Source: an uncultured Candidatus Binatia bacterium
GTDB lineage: Bacteria > Desulfobacterota > Binatia > UBA9968 > JAJDTQ01
Reading direction: 5' to 3'
Assembly: GCA_965213675.1 (NCBI GenBank)
Contig: OZ243916.1
Location: 640,001-704,000 of the forward strand
Length of the DNA stretch: 64,000 nt
The notes under the pieces are model-generated. The model saw only the letters and a list, made by a program, of their open reading frames with translations. It was not told the origin of the DNA and ran no database searches. Below are positions 31,262 through 40,034 of the stretch, piece after piece. Each line of letters begins with the position of its first letter. Position 1 is the stretch's first letter. Both the position numbers and the translations under genes were made by a program.

Positions 31262-32323
31262 TCAGTTCAGCCGGTAGAAGCGGTTGGCGTTGTCCGCCAG
31301 GATCTTCCGCTTTGCGGTGTCGGAAACGTCCTCCCTGGCGCACAGCTCGGGGATATCCTTCAGGTATTCGTCGCGCGGCCGCTCGTGGGGATAGTCCGAG
31401 GCGAAGAAGATGTGATCTTCGCCGAAGAGTTCGATGACGAAGGGCAGGGTGCGCTCCTCCGACTCCACCGAGACGTACACGCTGCCGCTCTTGATGTAGT
31501 GGCTGGGGGAATGCTTCAACCGGGGCGCCCACTTCGCGCCGCGCCGCTCATAGCCCTCGTCCAGCCGGTCCATCATGAACGGTACCCAGCCGGCGCCGGC
31601 CTCCAGGTAGGCCACCCGCAGCTCCGGGAACAACTCGTACACCCCCTGGAACACCATGTTGGTCAGGTGGATCAGCAGGGGAATGGGGTGCTCCAGCGCG
31701 TGGACTTCGGCGAACGTGTCGAGGTAGTCGAATCCCAGGCCCCGGCTGGGCGCGCCGTGGATGGCCAGGGCCATGTCCAGGCGGCAGGCTTCCTCGTAGA
31801 TGGGGAAGAAGCTCTCGTGGCCGTAACCCTTGCCCAGGGAGTTCACCGAGGGGAGCACCGCGGCGGGCATGCCCAGTTCTTCCCTGGCGTAACGCATTTC
31901 CTGGACCGCGTCCGCCACGCTGTGCACCGGGATCAGCGCTGCGCCCAACACCCTGGACGTCTTGTCCATGTAGTAGCGGTGCAGCCAGGTATTGTAGGCG
32001 TGGGCGATGTTGACGGCGTAGGCCGGATCCTGAATCAGCCCGTAGCCGAGGCCCGCGGTGGGATAGACGATGGTGCGGTCGATGCCGCAGTCGTCGAGAA
32101 AGGACACCCACATGTCGCAGTCGGGATAGTCCCGGAGCCCCGACGAGCTCATGTTGGAAAGCCGGGTCCAGCCGTCCAGCGAGGGAAACAACGCGTACAT
32201 GCGCGCCCACGCGGGTTGTCCGTCGCTGCCCACGTATTTCTCGCCCATGAAGGGCATGATTTCGCCGGCGTTCTCCATGATATGGCCGTCGCCGTCGATG
32301 ACCGGAAAGGCGTTCGCGCGCAT
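31262..32323 (-). CDS. Amidohydrolase_2 family protein (2 of 9)
   Basis: IDGDGH, AYNTW, LAIHG, YLEAGAGW, FASDYPHE. Confidence 0.9.
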   Translation of the reverse strand: MRANAFPVIDGDGHIMENAGEIMPFMGEKYVGSDGQPAWARMYALFPSLDGWTRLSNMSSSGLRDYPDCDMWVSFLDDCGIDRTIVYPTAGLGYGLIQDPAYAVNIAHAYNTWLHRYYMDKTSRVLGAALIPVHSVADAVQEMRYAREELGMPAAVLPSVNSLGKGYGHESFFPIYEEACRLDMALAIHGAPSRGLGFDYLDTFAEVHALEHPIPLLIHLTNMVFQGVYELFPELRVAYLEAGAGWVPFMMDRLDEGYERRGAKWAPRLKHSPSHYIKSGSVYVSVESEERTLPFVIELFGEDHIFFASDYPHERPRDEYLKDIPELCAREDVSDTAKRKILADNANRFYRLN

Positions 32324-32408
32324 GGGGTTTTCCTTTCGTCTTGAAACCGGTTCGATCAGCGGCTTGATCGGCATTCCGCATCCCGCGTCAACGATACGCT
32401 GGCGGAGT

Positions 32409-33506
32409 TCAGGCGCTGTCGATGCCGTAGAACCGTTTGGGATTGTCGCTGAACATCTTGTCGGCCACCCGTTGCGGGATGTCCTCGCGGCCCCGGATGG
32501 CGCCCGTGAGGTCCGGCTCGAAGGACGGGTCCTGATGGCCGTAGTCCGACCCGATGAGCAGGTTGTCCTCGCCGATATAGTCTACCAGGTAGGGGACGTC
32601 CTCGTCCGCCTCGCAGGCCACGAACAGGCGATACTCCTGGAACAGGGCCACGTCGGACTTGTGTTTCCAGTCGCTTTTGAGGAGCCGTTTCAGGATGTGC
32701 AGCATGAACGGCACCCAGCCCGCGGAGGCCTCGATGAAGCCGATGCGGAGACCCGGGAATTGCTCCGGGATGCGGTTCGCGATGAGGTCCCGGAAAGCGA
32801 AGATGGGCAGCACCCGTCCCTGGGCGAAGGAGAAATTCCGCTCGAAGCTGAACAGGTTGATGATGGACGGCGCGCCCATGCCCGTGTGGATGCAGATGGG
32901 CAGGTCCAGCCTGGCGGCTTCCTCGTAGATCGGGAAGAACCAGGGGTCGTCCAGGGTTCGGTCGCCTTCCATGCCGCGGAAGAAAAGGCCCACGGCGCCG
33001 TGCTCCCTGGCCAGTCGCATCTCGTCGATGGAGGCCTCGATGGAGCGCAGCGGCAGCACCGCGGTCCACAAGAGCCGGTCCTGTCCGGTGCGCTGCACCT
33101 CCCACATGTAGCGGTTGTAGGCCTTGCACAGACCGATCTCCAGTTCCACGTCGTGGGTCAGGTAGACCAGGAACAGCGTCGGGTAGATCACCTGCACGTC
33201 GATGCCGAGCCGGTCCATGTCCGCCAGTCGCACCTCGGGCCGGGTGATCTCGCGGCTGGCGATGAGGCTGTCGCTGCGCGACGATTCCAGCTTCGAGGCG
33301 GAGGGCGTCACCAGCCGGAAGCCGCCCTTGCCGTTGGGCTTGGGCACGATGTTGCCGTCGATGAGCCAGAAGGCGTTGCGCGGACCGTAGAGGGTGTCCT
33401 CGGGCACCGAGGCCAGCACCGGGCGGCGCGGATGGAGGCCTTCGTCGAGGTGGTCCCACATGGCCAGGGGCTCGGCGATATGCGTGTCGGAGTCGATGAT
33501 CATCAT
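32409..33506 (-). CDS. Amidohydrolase_2 family protein (3 of 9)
   Basis: IDSDTH, IYPTLFL, ICIHTG, FIEASAGW, GSDYGH; close paralog of the neighbour at 33572. Confidence 0.9.
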   Translation of the reverse strand: MMIIDSDTHIAEPLAMWDHLDEGLHPRRPVLASVPEDTLYGPRNAFWLIDGNIVPKPNGKGGFRLVTPSASKLESSRSDSLIASREITRPEVRLADMDRLGIDVQVIYPTLFLVYLTHDVELEIGLCKAYNRYMWEVQRTGQDRLLWTAVLPLRSIEASIDEMRLAREHGAVGLFFRGMEGDRTLDDPWFFPIYEEAARLDLPICIHTGMGAPSIINLFSFERNFSFAQGRVLPIFAFRDLIANRIPEQFPGLRIGFIEASAGWVPFMLHILKRLLKSDWKHKSDVALFQEYRLFVACEADEDVPYLVDYIGEDNLLIGSDYGHQDPSFEPDLTGAIRGREDIPQRVADKMFSDNPKRFYGIDSA

Positions 33507-33525
33507 GGGCGGGCTCGCGTTGCGC

Positions 33526-33558
33526 CGGCGGCCGGGAATCCCTTATTCCCGGCCGCCG
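33526..33558. other. Perfect 14-bp intercistronic hairpin between tandem amidohydrolase genes
   Basis: CGGCGGCCGGGAAT-CCCTT-ATTCCCGGCCGCCG. Confidence 0.6.
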
Positions 33559-33571
33559 TCATTGCAGCGCT

Positions 33572-34663
33572 CTACAGCGCGTAGAACTGCCTGGGGTTCT
33601 CGCACAGGATCTTGTCCGCGATGGCGGGGGACAGGTCCTCCCGGGATCGGATGGTCTGGGCCAGCTCCGGCTCGAAGGACGGGTCGTTGTGGCCGTAGTC
33701 GGAGCCGATGACGATATTGTCCTCGCCCATGTGGCGAATCAGGTAGGGGATGTCCTCGTCCGCCTCGCAGGCCACGAACAGCCGGTATTTCCGGAACAGC
33801 TCCACGCTGCTGTCAAATTGGAACTGCTGTTTCAGCAATCGCCGCAGGATGTGCAGCAGGAAGGGCACCCAGCCGGCCGAGGCCTCGATGAAGCCGAAGC
33901 GCAGCTTGGGGAACATCTCCGGGATGCGGTTGTGGATGATGTCGCGAAAGGCGAAGATGGGCAGCACCCGGCCATGGGCAAAGGTGTGGTTGCGCTCCAG
34001 GTTGAACATGTTGGTGAGAGTCGGGCAGCCGGAACCCGTGTGGATGCAGATGGGCAGTTCCAGGGAATTGGCCTCCTCGTACACCGGGAAGAAGTACGGG
34101 TCGTCCAGAGTCCGTTCCCCCTCCATGCCGCGAAAGAAGATGCCCACCGCGCCGTGCTCCTTGGCCAGGCGCATCTCGTCGATGGAAGCGTCCACGGAGC
34201 GGAACGGCAGCACCGCGTTCCAGCGCATCCGCCCCCCGGCCTTTTCCTCGATTTCCCACATGTAGCGGTTGTAGGCCTTGCACAGGGCGATCTCCAGGTC
34301 CACGTCGTCGGTGAGGTAGACCAGGAACAGCGTCGGGTAGATCACCTGCGTCTCCACCCCCAGGCGATCCATGTCCTTGAGGCGCACATCCACGTCGGTG
34401 ATTTCGCGGCTGGCGATGAGGCTGTCGTTTCGTTGCGTTTCCTGCGTGGCCGCGGTGGGTGTCACCAGCCGGAACCCCCCCTTGCCCGAGGGTTTCGGAA
34501 AGATGTTCCCGTCGATGAGCCAGAACTTGTTGCGCGCGCCGTACAGGGTGTCGTCGGTGATGGACGTCAGCACCGGGCGGCGCGGATACATGTCCTTGTC
34601 GAAGAACTTCCACATCGCCTCGGGCTCGGCGATGTGCGTGTCGGCATCGATGACTCCTGCCAT
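33572..34663 (-). CDS. Amidohydrolase_2 family protein (4 of 9)
   Basis: IDADTH, ICIHTG, FIEASAGW, GSDYGH; AAGGAGG RBS. Confidence 0.9.
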   Translation of the reverse strand: MAGVIDADTHIAEPEAMWKFFDKDMYPRRPVLTSITDDTLYGARNKFWLIDGNIFPKPSGKGGFRLVTPTAATQETQRNDSLIASREITDVDVRLKDMDRLGVETQVIYPTLFLVYLTDDVDLEIALCKAYNRYMWEIEEKAGGRMRWNAVLPFRSVDASIDEMRLAKEHGAVGIFFRGMEGERTLDDPYFFPVYEEANSLELPICIHTGSGCPTLTNMFNLERNHTFAHGRVLPIFAFRDIIHNRIPEMFPKLRFGFIEASAGWVPFLLHILRRLLKQQFQFDSSVELFRKYRLFVACEADEDIPYLIRHMGEDNIVIGSDYGHNDPSFEPELAQTIRSREDLSPAIADKILCENPRQFYAL

Positions 34664-34789
34664 GACAGCCTCCTTGGAAGATTGAAAACGCGATTGAAGA
34701 CGCGAAAACGAACCAAGGGCAGGGAACTGCGGTCAAGAAGCCGCGATCAAAGAGTGGGGGGAAGGACGGTTCCCTGCCTCCTGATACGG

Positions 34790-34819
34790 TTCTTACTGCC
34801 GCCCATGGCGTCTTGTCAA
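34790..34819 (-). promoter_or_regulatory. Putative sigma70 promoter for the amidohydrolase cluster
   Basis: Minus-strand TTGACA (34819-34814), 18-bp spacer, TAAGAA. Confidence 0.4.
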
Positions 34820-35007
34820 ACCTGTTGCGGCCCCGGGGACGGGCGCTTCAACCCGCTGGCCCGGGAGAACGCCCTCGCTGCCGAATCCGGCCCACGGCCA
34901 CGCGAAGGCCAACCGCAATCAACCCGAGCACCTTGTCCGCGTCGAGGCCACCCTCAACGGGTGGCCTGAAAGGCTGCGCGGCAGGACGCGTGGCGGCGAC
35001 GTTGATT

Positions 35008-35745
35008 TCACAAGGACAACGACCCGGTGACGCGCTCCCCTTCGGCGCAGAGCCGTCCGAGCCCCGGGACGGAGGCCGGCCGGTTCATGCGCCGCAGGCA
35101 GGCCCAAAGCGCCGCCTGGTTGCTCGATACCACTGGACGTCCCAGGCGATGCTCCACCGCCTCGATGGTCTCGATCATGCGCGTGTTGGTGCAGCTCAGA
35201 AAGTAACCCTCGGCCTCGGGCCGGTCGTGGTCGCAGGTGATGTCCAGCCACTGTTCCGGCGTGACCTCGATATAGGCATCGCTGCCCGGCAGTCCCAGGC
35301 CCAGTTCGTGCACCACTTCGAAACCGGCTTCGTTCAGGTAGCGCACCTCGGCCTGGTTCGTTTCCTCGACATAGGGGCTGATGAGCACGAGCTTGCGGAC
35401 CGCGAGTTCGTTGAGCGCCTCGGTGATGGCCTGGCTGGTGGTCACTGCGGTGCACCCGCTTGCCCGGCTGACCCATTCTGTGATCCGTTTCTCGCCGGCG
35501 AGGCCTCCTTCCATGGAGTTTGCCGTGCAATGGAACACGATCACGTCCGGGCTGGTGTCGGACAAGACCGCCGCGGCTTCCTCGATGGCTCCCTGGAGCT
35601 GGTCCAGGGGTTTGCCCCACTTGCCGGTCATCCGCAGACGGGTGACGTGGATGTCCATGTCCGCCGGCGCGTAGCGGTTGAATTGGGGTTCGGTCAGCCG
35701 GTTGGCTGACGGAATGATAAGACCGATGCGTGCCTGGTTGCCCAT
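35008..35745 (-). CDS. Maleate cis-trans isomerase / Asp-Glu racemase family protein (two catalytic Cys)
   Basis: RIGLIIPSAN, VFHCTANS, LSCTNT, PVVSSNQA, GLGRL; GGAGG RBS. Confidence 0.88.
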   Translation of the reverse strand: MGNQARIGLIIPSANRLTEPQFNRYAPADMDIHVTRLRMTGKWGKPLDQLQGAIEEAAAVLSDTSPDVIVFHCTANSMEGGLAGEKRITEWVSRASGCTAVTTSQAITEALNELAVRKLVLISPYVEETNQAEVRYLNEAGFEVVHELGLGLPGSDAYIEVTPEQWLDITCDHDRPEAEGYFLSCTNTRMIETIEAVEHRLGRPVVSSNQAALWACLRRMNRPASVPGLGRLCAEGERVTGSLSL

Positions 35746-35817
35746 GAGGTTCCTCCGTTCTTCCGAATCGCGACCCCGGTGCTTCCGGCGGTCAGGCGCC
35801 CTGCGCCACGGTGCCCT

Positions 35818-35919
35818 GTAGGGGCTACCGGCCGGTAGCCCCTTGCCCGCGTGTGCGGCAAATCGGCCAGTGACGGCGGTGGCGCCGCCAGCAAAGGCCG
35901 ACCGGCCGATCGCCCCCGC
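35818..35919. repeat. GTAG-type REP doublet (REPIN-like)
   Basis: GTAGGGGCTACCGGCCGGTAGCCC (35818-35841) and a degenerate inverted partner GGCCGACCGGCCGATCGCCCCCGC (35896-35919). Confidence 0.6.
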
Positions 35920-35983
35920 CATTAGCTTGTGGCGGCGGGACGTCCGGCATCCCTGGCCAGGCAGGTCAAGGCGGTGCGCGCGC

Positions 35984-37180
35984 CTATGGCGGCGGGACGC
36001 CTTCGTGGCCGTTGCTCCACATGCCCATGGCCTTGGCCAGCGCGCCGGGCTCGGGCAGGTCCTTGAGGTCGAAGAACTCCACGGCATTCTTGTAAAGCAC
36101 CCGTTCCTTCTGTTCGAAGCTCAGGTCGTCGCCGAAGAGGACGTCGCGGACGGAGTAGGGGAAGTGGCAGTCCCAATGGCAGTAGTCCGAGGCGTAGAGC
36201 ACGGTGGCGGCGCCCGAGGCATCGAGCACCCGGTCGAGTCCGGTCTCCTCGGACTCGCACGACAACACGAGCTGGTCGCTGCGGATGACCTCGCTGGGGC
36301 GGCGGCGCATCTCCGGCATCTGTGGCGCCAGCTTCTCCATGTGCTCGTCGAAGCGCTCCATCCAGAAGGGCAGCCAGCCGGCGCCGCCCTCCATGAATGC
36401 CACCTTGAGGCGCGGATAGCGGTCGAACACTCCCTCGCCGAGCATGTGCATCATCGCGATCATGAGTTCGAAGGGAAACGCGGTCATGTGCACGTAGACG
36501 TACTTGTAGAAGCGCCGGCTGCCCGCGCCCATGACGCCGGACACCCCGGGAATCCCGTCGTGGCCGGTCTGCGGATGCACGGACAAGGGCAAGCCCATCT
36601 CCTGGGCGGCGGCGTAGACGGGATCGAACAGAGGGTCGCCCATGTTGCGGCCGTAGACGTTGGTGGGCAGCATGGCGGTGGCGGCGCCGTGATCGGCCAG
36701 GAAGCGCAGTTCGCGCACCGCCGCCTCGGGGTCCTGGCAGGGGATGAGTCCCACCGCCCGCAGCCGCTTCGCGTCCGCGGAGCAGTATTCCAACAGCCAC
36801 TCGTTGACCGCATGGCACAGAGCGCCGGCCAGGCCCTTGTCCATCAACCCATTCACCGTCAGCGCGATTTGCGTGCCGAAGATCACGGCTACGTCGATGC
36901 CCTCCAGGTCCATGTCCTTGAGGCGTTCCTTCGGGTCGGTCATGCCCGGTCGGCCCTTGCGCGCCGCCTCGGTCATGGGGCCCGTGACCCCCGGCCCCGG
37001 TCCTTCGTTGGCGGGCCAGATGCGCCCCTCCAGCATCAGGCGGTTGCCGCCGCGGTTGTCCTTGAGGCGCACCGGCGCCAGCGACTTGTACCTCTCGGGC
37101 AGCCACGGCGCGAAGTCGATGTCGCCCTCGTTGACGTGACCGTCCGCGTCGATGACCAGTGTGTGCGTGAAGTCGTCCAT
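35984..37180 (-). CDS. Amidohydrolase_2 family protein (5 of 9)
   Basis: IDADGH, LSVHP, FMEGGAGW, YASDYCHWD. Confidence 0.9.
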   Translation of the reverse strand: MDDFTHTLVIDADGHVNEGDIDFAPWLPERYKSLAPVRLKDNRGGNRLMLEGRIWPANEGPGPGVTGPMTEAARKGRPGMTDPKERLKDMDLEGIDVAVIFGTQIALTVNGLMDKGLAGALCHAVNEWLLEYCSADAKRLRAVGLIPCQDPEAAVRELRFLADHGAATAMLPTNVYGRNMGDPLFDPVYAAAQEMGLPLSVHPQTGHDGIPGVSGVMGAGSRRFYKYVYVHMTAFPFELMIAMMHMLGEGVFDRYPRLKVAFMEGGAGWLPFWMERFDEHMEKLAPQMPEMRRRPSEVIRSDQLVLSCESEETGLDRVLDASGAATVLYASDYCHWDCHFPYSVRDVLFGDDLSFEQKERVLYKNAVEFFDLKDLPEPGALAKAMGMWSNGHEGVPPP

Positions 37181-37359
37181 GTGCGTTTCTCCATTGCCGG
37201 GGCGGGCCGGGACTCGTGTCGGCCGGGCCGTGTCGATTCGGCCTCACCGTTCCGCCGGCGGTTTCGGCACCGGCGCGTTCGTCGGAATGACGGTTACTAC
37301 TACCGCTGTTTTTGTGTCAAGATGCGTTCGGCCGCCGTTCCCGCGCTCCGGTGGATGTC

Positions 37360-38385
37360 ATGGACACGCTCGCCAACACTCCCCGCGCACCGCTTCTGGA
37401 AGTCAAGGACCTGAGGACGTACTTCTACACCCGCCGGGGCACGGGCAGGGCCGTGGACGGGGTGTCCTTCTCGCTGGCCGCGGGCGAATCCCTGGGCCTG
37501 TTGGGCGAGTCCGGTTGCGGCAAGAGCATGACGAGCCTTTCCATCCTGCGGCTGGTGCCGCGCCCGGCCGGGCGCATCGTCGGCGGCCAGGTGCTGTTCC
37601 AGGGGAGGGATCTGTTGCGTCTGTCCGAGGGAGAGATGCGCCAGGTGCGCGGGCGCGAGATCGCCATGATCCTGCAGGACCCTCTGAGCACCTTGAACCC
37701 GGTGTTCACCATCGGCGACCAGGTGGCGGAGCCGTTGCGCGTGCACCGCGTGGTGCCGCGCTCGGGCATACGGGCGCGGGTCGCCAACCTCCTGAGCCTC
37801 GTGCGCATTCCCGCGCCCGAGTCGCGCCTCAAGGACTATCCGCACCAGTTCAGCGGCGGCATGCGCCAGCGGGTGGTGGGCGCCGCCGCCATTGCCGCCG
37901 GGCCCAAGGTCCTTATCGCCGACGAGCCCACCACCTCGCTGGACGTGACCATCCAGGCCCAGTATCTGCGCTTGCTGAAGGACATCCAGCGGGAGTCCAA
38001 TCTCTCTATTCTCTACATCACCCACGACCTGGGCACGCTGGCGCGCATTTGCGACCGGGTGGCGGTGATGTACGCGGGCAGGATCGTGGAGCAGCTCACG
38101 GTGGAGGCCCTGTTCGAGCGCCCGGCTCATCCCTACACCGAGGCGCTGCTCCGGTCGGTGCCGCGCATGGACCGCAAGGTGGATCGTTTTCCCTCCATTG
38201 AGGGAAGCCCGCCGCTGGTGCACGATCTTCCGCCCGGATGCGCCTTTGCCCCCCGTTGCGCGCGGGCGCGCGACCTCTGCCGGAAGCAGTATCCGCCGGT
38301 GACGCCACTGGAAGACGGTCACTCTGTGGCGTGCTGGCTGCACGCAGAGGATCCCCATGCTGCTGGAAGCCCGGAATGTCCGTAA
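37360..38385 (+). CDS. Oligopeptide/dipeptide ABC transporter ATP-binding protein (OppD/DppD-like)
   Basis: [31 protein letters not shown]-terminal Cys motif. Confidence 0.93.
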   Translation: MDTLANTPRAPLLEVKDLRTYFYTRRGTGRAVDGVSFSLAAGESLGLLGESGCGKSMTSLSILRLVPRPAGRIVGGQVLFQGRDLLRLSEGEMRQVRGREIAMILQDPLSTLNPVFTIGDQVAEPLRVHRVVPRSGIRARVANLLSLVRIPAPESRLKDYPHQFSGGMRQRVVGAAAIAAGPKVLIADEPTTSLDVTIQAQYLRLLKDIQRESNLSILYITHDLGTLARICDRVAVMYAGRIVEQLTVEALFERPAHPYTEALLRSVPRMDRKVDRFPSIEGSPPLVHDLPPGCAFAPRCARARDLCRKQYPPVTPLEDGHSVACWLHAEDPHAAGSPECP

Positions 38386-39313
38386 ACACTTCCCCGTCGC
38401 CACGGGTTTGATCTTCGGCGGCACCGCCGGCTGGGTGCGCGCCGTGGATGACGTGAGCTTTTCCCTTGACGCGGGTGAGACCCTCGGGCTGGTGGGGGAG
38501 TCGGGCTGCGGCAAAAGCACCACCGCCCGGCTCGTGTTGATGCTGGAGCAGCCCAGCGCCGGCGCGATCCACTACGAGGGTGTGAATCTGCAGGAGATGT
38601 CCGGCGGCGAACTGCGGCGCTACCGCGCCACTGTGCAGGCGGTGTTCCAGGACCCCCACAGCTCGCTCAACCCCAGGATGCGGGTGGGCGCCATCGTTGG
38701 CGAGCCGCTGGAAGTGAACGCCGGGCTGTCCCGGCGCGAGGTGCGCCAGCGCGTGGCCGAGGTGCTGCGCAACGTCCATCTCGATCCCGCCTTTGCGCGC
38801 CTCTATCCGCACGAGTTCAGCGGCGGCCAGCGCCAGCGCATCGCCCTGGCGCGGGCGCTGGCGACCCGCTCCCGCCTCATCGTCCTGGACGAACCCGTGG
38901 CCTCCCTCGATGCCTCCATCCGCAGCCAGATCATCAACCTGCTGAAGGACCTCCAGGACGAGCACGGGCACAGCTACCTGCTCATCACCCACGACCTCGC
39001 CGTCTCCCGCCATCTGAGCCACCGGGTTGCGGTCATGTATCTCGGACGGATCGTCGAGGAAGGCGCCGCCGATACGCTCTACAGCGACCCCTTGCACCCC
39101 TACACGAAAGCGCTCATCGCCGCCGCCCTGCCCGCGCGCGCGGGAAACCCGGACGCCCCCGTGGTCGCCGGCGAGGTCCCCAACCCCATGAAGCCGCCGT
39201 CAGGTTGCCGCTTCCACCCGCGCTGCCCCGTGGCCACGCCGCGGTGCGCGGAAGAGGAGCCGCCGCTCCGGGAGGTGAACCCGGGACGCAGGGTGGCCTG
39301 CCACCTGTATTGA
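38357..39313 (+). CDS. Oligopeptide/dipeptide ABC transporter ATP-binding protein (OppF/DppF-like)
   Basis: [32 protein letters not shown]...VACHL. Confidence 0.93.
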   Translation: MLLEARNVRKHFPVATGLIFGGTAGWVRAVDDVSFSLDAGETLGLVGESGCGKSTTARLVLMLEQPSAGAIHYEGVNLQEMSGGELRRYRATVQAVFQDPHSSLNPRMRVGAIVGEPLEVNAGLSRREVRQRVAEVLRNVHLDPAFARLYPHEFSGGQRQRIALARALATRSRLIVLDEPVASLDASIRSQIINLLKDLQDEHGHSYLLITHDLAVSRHLSHRVAVMYLGRIVEEGAADTLYSDPLHPYTKALIAAALPARAGNPDAPVVAGEVPNPMKPPSGCRFHPRCPVATPRCAEEEPPLREVNPGRRVACHLY

Positions 39314-39333
39314 CCCGCAACGTTGCGATGCGT

Positions 39334-39470
39334 GCGCGGGTGACCGCCGGTCACCCCGCAAACGAGTTGGGCACGGGACCGTTGTGGGTGTGTGCGTCTG
39401 CGGGTCGCCCCTTCCCATCAGACCGAGACCGGCGGCGGGTTCGAGGGGTGGGGGCGACCCGCGGTCGCCC
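39334..39470. repeat. Cluster of degenerate REP-like palindromes
   Basis: GTGGGGGCGACCCGCGGTCGCCC at 39448-39470, an inverted partial copy GCGGGTCGCCCC near 39400, and GCGGGTGACCGCCGGTCACCCCGC near 39336; similar to the 35818 REP. Confidence 0.5.
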
Positions 39471-39567
39471 TGCGGGTTTCACCGGGGTGTCGGATTCTGG
39501 TCTCTGCGGGCTCCGCCCCTCGTTGCTAATGGAGATTATATACGAAAGTGACCAAGCGGCGTTGCCA

Positions 39568-39768
39568 TTAGGCAATTCCGAACAGCGCCAACGCTGCATA
39601 GCCGAGACCGCCAATCACAGCCGCTACCCAGCAAACCGTCAATACCAGCAGCGCAATCGCTCTCCGCTGTAGCGGGACTAGAAATAGCCTGACGCACTTG
39701 GCCAGCGTGTATTGGAGCGCGCCGAACAGGGCTATGAGCACCAGAGCCCCACCGATCCACTCCACCAC
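39568..39768 (-). CDS. Small two-TM membrane protein (cassette passenger)
   Basis: 66 aa with two hydrophobic segments; GTG start abuts the stop of the upstream micro-ORF. Confidence 0.55.
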   Translation of the reverse strand: MVEWIGGALVLIALFGALQYTLAKCVRLFLVPLQRRAIALLVLTVCWVAAVIGGLGYAALALFGIA

Positions 39769-39936
39769 CTAACCGCCCGCTGGCTTCGGCTGCCGCTTGA
39801 GATAGTCCCATTCGTCATCGCGCTTCGGAGGCGTCGCCAGAATCGCCCGCATGATGTTTTCCGGCGAGTCCGGGATGGGGTCCGGCCACTCCTTCTCGAC
39901 GGGGCGGCCGCGCGGCCGTTTGGGTTCATCTTGCAT
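39769..39936 (-). CDS. 55-aa microprotein with an AT-hook-like motif (cassette passenger; below the ORF-track cutoff)
   Basis: Hand translation MQDEPKRPRGRPVEKEWPDPIPDSPENIMRAILATPPKRDDEWDYLKRQPKPAGG; GGAG RBS 7 nt upstream; possible extended -10 TGATATGGT. Confidence 0.7.
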   Translation of the reverse strand: MQDEPKRPRGRPVEKEWPDPIPDSPENIMRAILATPPKRDDEWDYLKRQPKPAGG

Positions 39937-40034
39937 CACGTATCTCCGTTTGCGGCGATGCTCGGCAAGTGTGCCTCACCATATCAGAGGGACGCCCCGA
40001 AGGGGAGAAACGGGACCTCCGGGGCGCCCAACGG

